Positions 5,560 to 10,884 of a DNA stretch of 10,884 nt are shown here, piece after piece (position 1 is the first letter of the stretch; each line of letters starts with the position of its first letter). The stretch comes from a virus. Its lineage: Duplodnaviria; Heunggongvirae; Uroviricota; Caudoviricetes. The notes beneath the pieces were generated by a model. The model saw only the letters and a program-made list of their open reading frames with translations. It was not told where the DNA came from and did no database searches. Position numbers and translations under genes: made by a program. The stretch is taken from positions 64,001 to 74,884 of IMG/VR virus record IMGVR_UViG_3300001605_000025; one strand, written 5' to 3'.

Positions 5560-5766
5560 TTAGATACTCTTAGCATCATTTAACGCTTCACATGCCTCAT
5601 CCAATGTATAAAGTTCATACTGGTCCTGTATATCACCAACGAACTTATCTCTAATTTTTTCAGGACAGTTATCGAACATGTGAACAAGCAAGTCGTACTC
5701 ATCAACACCATCGGTTGCGAGTAACGCATCAACAATATCTTCAGCAGTAGTACTTATGTCAGTCAT
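5560..5766 (-). CDS. 68-aa acidic hypothetical protein
   Basis: Start refined to MTDIST (ATGACTGA overlap with the 5759 stop). Confidence 0.7.
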   Translation of the reverse strand: MTDISTTAEDIVDALLATDGVDEYDLLVHMFDNCPEKIRDKFVGDIQDQYELYTLDEACEALNDAKSI

Positions 5767-5773
5767 GTTTATC
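5759..5773. repeat. 15-bp direct repeat TCAGTCATGTTTATC, copy 2
   Basis: See copy 1. Confidence 0.8.
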
Positions 5774-5968
5774 CTTCTGTAACTTATCAAACGGACATAC
5801 GTTTTGTTCATCACGTGAAGAACAATACATTGGTATATCTCCGTATTCGCAATCTACTTCACCACTTGCTTCGTACTTTCGTTTCCCAGCAAACGGGCAT
5901 TCCGGATATACATATACATTCGGAATACAGTCTGGATATGTTGTTAGTCTAACTTTTGCCATTATCAT
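5759..5968 (-). CDS. 69-aa Cys-containing hypothetical protein
   Basis: RBS GGAGGT; five Cys (two CPF motifs). Confidence 0.7.
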   Translation of the reverse strand: MIMAKVRLTTYPDCIPNVYVYPECPFAGKRKYEASGEVDCEYGDIPMYCSSRDEQNVCPFDKLQKDKHD

Positions 5969-5974
5969 ACCTCC

Positions 5975-6226
5975 TTACGTATACCAGTACCCATCAACGC
6001 CTGATATAACAGCAACGTCTACAGGTGCCGTCGTAACATTCTTACAACGATCTAACCACTCGAGTATACTCGGGCATTCATCATACTCATCATCAAGATG
6101 ATCATCGTACCAATCTTCTGAGAATCTATTATACTCTTCAACGTACTCAGCCATCTTTAGACCTTCTTTACGATCGATGTAGAAGGTCGCATATACCTCC
6201 CCTTCGATCATCATTACCATTATCAC
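5975..6226 (-). CDS. Acidic hypothetical protein (up to 83 aa)
   Basis: RBS GAGGAGG upstream; exact start among GTG/ATG codons is uncertain. Confidence 0.7.
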   Translation of the reverse strand: MIMVMMIEGEVYATFYIDRKEGLKMAEYVEEYNRFSEDWYDDHLDDEYDECPSILEWLDRCKNVTTAPVDVAVISGVDGYWYT

Positions 6227-6239
6227 TTAACGGTCCTCC

Positions 6240-6255
6240 TCGGGGATATCCCCGA
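6240..6255. promoter_or_regulatory. Perfect 16-bp palindrome TCGGGGATATCCCCGA abutting the RBS of 5975-6226
   Basis: The sequence is its own reverse complement, is intergenic, and its last bases overlap GAGGAGG on the minus strand. Confidence 0.55.
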
Positions 6256-6256
6256 A

Positions 6257-6302
6257 TACCCCTTTCCGGATTGAACCGGATTACCTAACAGTAAAAAGGG
6301 TA
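6257..6302 (-). ncRNA. 46-nt three-way-junction RNA element with T-loop-like arm (may double as terminator or processing signal)
   Basis: TACCCTTT | TTAC-TGTTAG-GTAA | TCCGG-TTCAAT-CCGGA | AAGGGGTA: 8-bp closing stem (one G-U, favouring minus strand), 4-bp and 5-bp hairpins, no linkers. Confidence 0.55.
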
Positions 6303-6304
6303 GA

Positions 6305-7090
6305 TTAGGTCACACACGCTGATCTACTAACTCCCTTACAGATATTCTGTCTCGGAACGATCCGTGACTCGATCTCACGATCAACCTCAACTATCGGAAC
6401 GTCAGTCGACCAGTCTGACCATTCTGTCCAATGATCCTCAGATACTGGTACCCATTCACAGTATGCAGGTGTATCGATAACGATCCGTACAGTAGTTCTC
6501 TCCGTACATCGTTTCGTACCGTAACAACTATCTAGACAGTATCCTTCCTCCCACGGAGATGTTATAACCCATCCAGCTTTCGTATACGTCTCTATCTGTC
6601 TCTCCGTTATCCGTTCCTCATGGCTAACTTCAGGATGACAAACTTCCTGTAGTTCACCCTTAACGAAATCACGGAAACGATACTCTGTGTGTTCCAGGAT
6701 AACACAGTCAGGCTTAGTATGATTAACCTTCGGGGAGACTGCAGCTCCAAGAAGCGAAACGTATGTTATTCCATTCTCAACGTAGAAGTCTAGCTTCTCT
6801 TCCTGGTTAGCGTTACCATTCCGTATGTGTACAGTCCACCAACCAGTATCTAGATCGATCAATTCCGTTCTCCCATCTGGAAGAACTGTTCCTTTAATAA
6901 ATTCAACATTCTGGTTCTCGATTTCAGTTCTATCCGGATGGTACATCGAGTCAAATGGAGTCGTATTAGATCCAAAGTACACAGTTGTATCCTGAGCAGA
7001 TCCTCCAGCTCGAAGTATCACCATGACTGATCCTGCTGTAACAGGATTAACACACATCAATATCAGTACGATTAGTAGTTCTCGTTTCAT
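6305..7090 (-). CDS. 261-aa exported or surface protein with N-terminal signal peptide
   Basis: MKR + hydrophobic LLIVLILMCV + PVTA cleavage-like site; beta-rich domain, then a Cys/Trp/Glu-rich region; RBS GGTGTGA. Confidence 0.75.
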   Translation of the reverse strand: MKRELLIVLILMCVNPVTAGSVMVILRAGGSAQDTTVYFGSNTTPFDSMYHPDRTEIENQNVEFIKGTVLPDGRTELIDLDTGWWTVHIRNGNANQEEKLDFYVENGITYVSLLGAAVSPKVNHTKPDCVILEHTEYRFRDFVKGELQEVCHPEVSHEERITERQIETYTKAGWVITSPWEEGYCLDSCYGTKRCTERTTVRIVIDTPAYCEWVPVSEDHWTEWSDWSTDVPIVEVDREIESRIVPRQNICKGVSRSACVT

Positions 7091-7094
7091 GTTA

Positions 7095-7265
7095 TCACAC
7101 CGTTAGTACTAAAGTTTCTTCTCCACAAACGTTACAACGGTATCGTAGATGGTAATCTTCCCATCCGATAACCGTAATGTTTATGCTTCCACACTGTATA
7201 CAAATTAATTGCCCTATAGCACAGAGGAATATTCTGTACAGTCGGACTACCCAATCAATCATCAT
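7095..7265 (-). CDS. 56-aa zinc-ribbon protein (not in ORF track)
   Basis: MMIDWVVRLYRIFLCAIGQLICIQCGSINITVIGWEDYHLRYRCNVCGEETLVLTV; CIQC...CNVC; ATGA overlap. Confidence 0.7.
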   Translation of the reverse strand: MMIDWVVRLYRIFLCAIGQLICIQCGSINITVIGWEDYHLRYRCNVCGEETLVLTV

Positions 7266-7441
7266 ACTGGATCTTCCGTTAACATATTTCCGACATCCTC
7301 CAGGATACGGAGCATTAAGTCTAGTCCATCAGTTCGTATATCGATACCTTCTTCAACATCATAACGGAAGTATGCCGCTATCACACGGATGCCTTCCGTT
7401 CCGTACTTCTGTTTCAGTTGTTCAACTGTCATCTTTCCCAT
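7262..7441 (-). CDS. 59-aa hypothetical protein (not in ORF track)
   Basis: MGKMTVEQLKQKYGTEGIRVIAAYFRYDVEEGIDIRTDGLDLMLRILEDVGNMLTEDPV; RBS GGAGG. Confidence 0.75.
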   Translation of the reverse strand: MGKMTVEQLKQKYGTEGIRVIAAYFRYDVEEGIDIRTDGLDLMLRILEDVGNMLTEDPV

Positions 7442-7613
7442 ATGTTAATCCTCCTATTAACTCTGATACGTGATCGTCACAAACTCTCAGTACTCTCATC
7501 AGATCAGGGCTAACTTTATGCCAGCCTTCTAACGTAGCATCGTTCTGACAGCTGGTAACCTGACACTTACCGTGTGTCAGTACTTCTTGATTACATGTTG
7601 GACATCGTTTCAT
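7422..7613 (-). CDS. 63-aa Cys/His zinc-binding protein
   Basis: Start refined to MKRCPTC (RBS GAGGA); CPTC, CQVTSC, CDDH motifs. Confidence 0.7.
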   Translation of the reverse strand: MKRCPTCNQEVLTHGKCQVTSCQNDATLEGWHKVSPDLMRVLRVCDDHVSELIGGLTYGKDDS

Positions 7614-7674
7614 AACGTTCCTCAATAGTTTCACCAGTTGTTCCTGTTCAAAAGTATAGCCGAACCATAACAGT

Positions 7675-8469
7675 CTAGCAGCAGCAGTTACCATATGGCT
7701 GTCCACACATCGAACAGACGTGACCTGCTTTCCTTTCGTTCTCAAGTCGTTCTAGATGTTTCGTCCAACATCCCACACATACCTTTCCGGCGAACAACGG
7801 TCGTCCAGCACACCCATCCTCACGGAAAGTTTTGTGACAAGTAGTGCAGCGGAACTTCTTTCCGTTAGCCAGTTCCTCCATTAGTTTAAATATCTGTTCC
7901 GGATCCTGAATCGCAAGAAGCTTCTCGTCAATATCTAACGGAAAAGTTGTATGTCCTTTATCGATCCAGGTACAGACACTAGGCATCGAATGACGCATCG
8001 TAACGTGATGTCCACCGTAATTAGGTTTCGTGTGGAATCCGTAATCAGATCTTCCGATCCACACAACATTTCCGTTCTTCATATACTCCAAGTTCGAATC
8101 GTAGTGTAGTTCTCCTCTCCAGGTTGACCGTTGATCAATACCTCTCAGTAAATGTCCAGATGTATCGTCGTGAGCACATGTTGAACAGAGAACCTGGTTT
8201 GTCTCCATATCAATCATTGGTGTGTTATACGAAGCATTCTTTCCACAACGTTCACATGTTAGTTTAGTTTTGAGTTCACGAACGTCAATCAGGTTGTCCA
8301 ATTGTTCCTGAAGACGTCTCATTAGATTCCAATCATCATCGTTTCTACCTTTACTATACTGTAGTTCGTCTATCTTTAAACGTAAGACAGTCCAGATCTG
8401 ATCATAATCTGTTTCATTGATCTGATCTAGTTTATAGTCACCATTCAGTATCTGATCAATCGTAAACAT
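7675..8469 (-). CDS. 264-aa multi-zinc-finger protein
   Basis: RBS GGAGGT; CERC/CSTC, CTTC/CVGC, CSMC...CCC terminus. Confidence 0.8.
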   Translation of the reverse strand: MFTIDQILNGDYKLDQINETDYDQIWTVLRLKIDELQYSKGRNDDDWNLMRRLQEQLDNLIDVRELKTKLTCERCGKNASYNTPMIDMETNQVLCSTCAHDDTSGHLLRGIDQRSTWRGELHYDSNLEYMKNGNVVWIGRSDYGFHTKPNYGGHHVTMRHSMPSVCTWIDKGHTTFPLDIDEKLLAIQDPEQIFKLMEELANGKKFRCTTCHKTFREDGCAGRPLFAGKVCVGCWTKHLERLENERKAGHVCSMCGQPYGNCCC

Positions 8470-8481
8470 AGTAACCTCCAG

Positions 8482-8631
8482 TTACCAACTTTTCGGGCAC
8501 CTATCGTATCCACAACGTTTCTCTTCACTCTTTGCCTGTACTAACAGTTTACAGTGTGGATCACGACCAGGTCTATTAATCGACTGATCACAATGTCTAG
8601 CCTCGTGAATCCACTTAACTAACGTCATCAT
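8482..8631 (-). CDS. 49-aa Cys-containing microprotein (not in ORF track)
   Basis: MMTLVKWIHEARHCDQSINRPGRDPHCKLLVQAKSEEKRCGYDRCPKSW; ATGA overlap. Confidence 0.65.
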   Translation of the reverse strand: MMTLVKWIHEARHCDQSINRPGRDPHCKLLVQAKSEEKRCGYDRCPKSW

Positions 8632-8867
8632 GGTAGTTCATCTTCCACAAGCTTCCATGCTTTGTCAATAGCATCACGCTTATCCTTACCAGCTTTAGAT
8701 CGTTCATGGTTCAACCATGATAATATCTGGTAACGATCTTGTCCTTTAATCACACAACTCAGTATTCCATCTAGTGTCTCCACCCAAATAGCATCGGCTA
8801 CTGAATTACCAAAAACAGACCGAACTTTCGCAGTCTGTATTATCGTCACGATATCATCACGTTTCAC
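8628..8867 (-). CDS. Hypothetical protein (79 aa)
   Basis: GTG start 3 nt after upstream stop, with GAGGAGG RBS. Confidence 0.7.
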   Translation of the reverse strand: MKRDDIVTIIQTAKVRSVFGNSVADAIWVETLDGILSCVIKGQDRYQILSWLNHERSKAGKDKRDAIDKAWKLVEDELP

Positions 8868-8870
8868 ATA

Positions 8871-9152
8871 CTAGACCTCCTCACTAGCATCTTTAAGGAA
8901 TAATACTCTTGCAATACGAAACGCTTCTGCTGTACAGTAATTAGCAGTCTCTTGTTTTAAACCGTCACGTCTAAGTGATTCATGGTACTCAAGATACTCA
9001 GCTTCTTTCTTGATAAGTAGTTTAATATACCAGCAGAATGACTTCCATTCACTGATACACTCCGGATAGTCCTCATCTTGGTTCCACTCACATACTGAAC
9101 AGTTACCAAGTTCCAGTAGATCCGGTCGTCTACATGTATTAAAACTTACCAT
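8871..9152 (-). CDS. 93-aa protein with Cys-rich N-terminus
   Basis: RBS GGAGGT; six Cys. Confidence 0.75.
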   Translation of the reverse strand: MVSFNTCRRPDLLELGNCSVCEWNQDEDYPECISEWKSFCWYIKLLIKKEAEYLEYHESLRRDGLKQETANYCTAEAFRIARVLFLKDASEEV

Positions 9153-9166
9153 CTAACCTCCCAAGA

Positions 9167-9502
9167 TCACTCTAGATTATGTCCGTACTCAATGAACTCA
9201 TCTCCAAATGGATTTGGATCGTCTTGATCTGGACAGAACATTATTCCGCCAACCTCAATCACATCATCAATCGTAACTGGTCGTCTATTACCAGCTGCAG
9301 GTCCAGGGATAAACATTCTTAGATAGATCAGGTCACCAGTCTTCTCGTTAAAGTTAAACTCAACTTTATCTCCAACTTGGGGACAAGTTTGAGCCATACG
9401 TTCTTTAGATCGTTTAGTGTCAGTTAGAAACATATCGTTATCGATAAATATAGCGTCGTCTTCTATAGCTGTAACGATTCCAGTCTTGTTATTATAACTC
9501 AT
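9167..9502 (-). CDS. 111-aa protein with a small OB/cold-shock-like beta barrel and acidic tail
   Basis: RBS AGGAGG; GIVTAIEDDAIFID...PQVGDKVEFNF...LIYL resembles a small OB barrel. Fold is inferred. Confidence 0.6.
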   Translation of the reverse strand: MSYNNKTGIVTAIEDDAIFIDNDMFLTDTKRSKERMAQTCPQVGDKVEFNFNEKTGDLIYLRMFIPGPAAGNRRPVTIDDVIEVGGIMFCPDQDDPNPFGDEFIEYGHNLE

Positions 9503-9511
9503 ACCTTCCTC

Positions 9512-9715
9512 CTAATCATCGATTAGATAGACAAACTGTCCAGATGGAGCACCACGTACACAACCTGGATGCTTTCTTAAATACGTTGTTACGGTATCCC
9601 ATTCAGCTGGTTCACCAGTACCTATTTCACATATATGAAGAAAGCACTTCGAAACTTCAGCTTCTTTACATGGGTAGAACTTAAAGTCTCCAGCTGGTCT
9701 AAAGTAGAATGTCAT
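9512..9715 (-). CDS. Hypothetical protein (67 aa)
   Basis: RBS GGAG. Confidence 0.7.
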   Translation of the reverse strand: MTFYFRPAGDFKFYPCKEAEVSKCFLHICEIGTGEPAEWDTVTTYLRKHPGCVRGAPSGQFVYLIDD

Positions 9716-9726
9716 CTACAATCTCC

Positions 9727-9870
9727 TTACCGATCTTTCCGTCCACATACGGGACAGCAGTATATGTATCCCCACCTTTCGTTCTCTCCATCCCACTCCT
9801 CCCATATCTCAACGTCCATACGTGCCTTCACACCGTAATGTTCACACGATTCACAGTATCGGTCAGTCAT
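9727..9870 (-). CDS. 47-aa zinc-ribbon microprotein (not in ORF track)
   Basis: MTDRYCESCEHYGVKARMDVEIWEEWDGENERWGYIYCCPVCGRKDR; CESC...CPVC; ATGA overlap. Confidence 0.75.
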   Translation of the reverse strand: MTDRYCESCEHYGVKARMDVEIWEEWDGENERWGYIYCCPVCGRKDR

Positions 9871-10091
9871 CGAACGTCTCCGTACCGTTCAAACATCTCA
9901 TAATAACAATCAATACGGTCACAAATATCATCAACCAGATCAAGTTCACTATCACGGGTAACTTCATCGTGCATCAAACCAACAATATACATCACTGTAG
10001 GATAGTATAATGTAAGAGACTCCGTACTGTAGTCCATTTCTATCCAATACGTCTCGGTAGTACCATCGTAAAAACTATGAGTAACTATCAT
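9867..10091 (-). CDS. 74-aa acidic hypothetical protein
   Basis: Start refined to MIVTHS (RBS GGAG, ATGA overlap). Confidence 0.7.
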   Translation of the reverse strand: MIVTHSFYDGTTETYWIEMDYSTESLTLYYPTVMYIVGLMHDEVTRDSELDLVDDICDRIDCYYEMFERYGDVR

Positions 10092-10306
10092 CTGAAGTCT
10101 CCTAACATTGGTGGTCCACACGTCACGGATTCGGCAGATGCCCAGACTACCATATTACAGTTTCGACAGTGTAACCGGTACATTCCAGCTTGACTATCCC
10201 AACCGATCATATCGTACGTTCCTTTACAGTAATCACACCATAACAACTGGTAACCCCAGTGTTTCGGTTCCGGAATGTCCGGTAGTAAATCAGCTAGTCT
10301 CGTCAT
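10088..10306 (-). CDS. 72-aa zinc-ribbon protein
   Basis: CDYC...CRNC. Confidence 0.75.
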   Translation of the reverse strand: MTRLADLLPDIPEPKHWGYQLLWCDYCKGTYDMIGWDSQAGMYRLHCRNCNMVVWASAESVTCGPPMLGDFR

Positions 10307-10312
10307 AGTAAA

Positions 10313-10468
10313 CTACCTGGCTGGCTTGCGAACAATATACTCTCCATTTTCCATCCTTTTGATTTCCTCATCGGTCAAATCAAACTCTGCGGATTTCATC
10401 AATTCAATATGATCCGTGACAAAGTTCAAAGTACCAAGTGGTTTCCCGTTTCTTGCGAAAAATATCAT
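10313..10468 (-). CDS. 51-aa hypothetical protein (not in ORF track)
   Basis: MIFFARNGKPLGTLNFVTDHIELMKSAEFDLTDEEIKRMENGEYIVRKPAR; ATGA overlap. Confidence 0.7.
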   Translation of the reverse strand: MIFFARNGKPLGTLNFVTDHIELMKSAEFDLTDEEIKRMENGEYIVRKPAR

Positions 10469-10857
10469 CGCTGTTGCTCCTGTGCGGTGCGCCGGAGGGA
10501 TTCTATTGTATCCTTCTTTATAACAAATATTACCCCTTTCATCTGTGCGAATTCAAACGTTGAAAGATTCTCAATTTTATCTACTGCTGTGAGCGTGGCG
10601 GTGCGGGCTGCTTCGGCTTTCTCGTATTCTTGAACAAACCCACATTGTGAATCTGTCATACCACACGAATTTTTCTGATGATCCTCGTGATACTTTGCGC
10701 AATATTCAGACACTACACATTCGTCATCACAGGGGCAATCTCCAAAATCTCCGAAGCAGGAGCGCAAAAGCATCTTGGTAAGTTCCGGTGCCCGGGGGTG
10801 CGGGCGGGCGTTGCCACGGGTGCAATATGTGGGACTGTCTATACCATCCCAAATCAT
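10465..10857 (-). CDS. 130-aa protein with Cys-rich middle and helical C-terminus
   Basis: Purine-rich RBS-like stretch upstream; eight Cys; coupled to the next gene. Confidence 0.7.
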   Translation of the reverse strand: MIWDGIDSPTYCTRGNARPHPRAPELTKMLLRSCFGDFGDCPCDDECVVSEYCAKYHEDHQKNSCGMTDSQCGFVQEYEKAEAARTATLTAVDKIENLSTFEFAQMKGVIFVIKKDTIESLRRTAQEQQR

Positions 10858-10884
10858 AAATTCACAATCTGCTTTCCCTTCCCC

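Noticed and set aside
7366-7409. AAGTACGGA and TACTTC matches to the array motif
   Set aside because: Short matches inside ORF 7262-7441, without the 24-nt consensus spacing or a partner stem; expected by chance.
1606-10121. Longest-ORF starts at 1848, 2869, 3934, 4719, 5814, 7745 and 10121
   Set aside because: Downstream starts have an RBS and/or stop-start overlaps, and the extensions overlap other genes or the promoter.
1-10312. Frequent GATC, GTAC and CTAG sites as evidence of a modified genome
   Set aside because: Not counted rigorously; observed/expected ratios over the whole genome would be needed before linking this to the QueD-like gene.
540-10633. All plus-strand ORFs in the track (e.g. 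613-1089, 4842-5279, 7177-7473)
   Set aside because: They are antisense shadows of well-supported minus-strand genes, with no RBS and with Ser/Phe-rich composition.

Overview
The window looks like part of a viral or proviral genome, probably of an archaeal host (inferred from a TTTAAATA TATA-type box, GGAGGTGA/GGTGA ribosome-binding sites and many zinc-ribbon microproteins). Essentially everything is on the minus strand. From 10884 down to 597 there is a tightly packed, translationally coupled run of about 40 mostly small genes. Recognisable ones are a QueD-like T-fold enzyme (2900-3283), a winged-helix protein (1773-2045), a probable OB-fold protein (597-1592), a signal-peptide protein (6305-7090) and many Cys-rich proteins, ten small ORFs being absent from the supplied track. 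The most striking feature is non-coding. Directly after the OB-fold gene (587->81) are five tandem, homologous, 73-126 nt stem-loop units. They share a 24-nt 5' consensus (RRTRGC-N4-ARWACRGW-TACTTC) and a 17-nt 3' consensus, show compensatory base changes, and sit in a tRNA-like register; two carry embedded T-loop arms. They are followed by a tRNA-like 5' half that runs off the window edge. I do not recognise this array as a described RNA family. All structures were derived by eye; no folding or database search was run.
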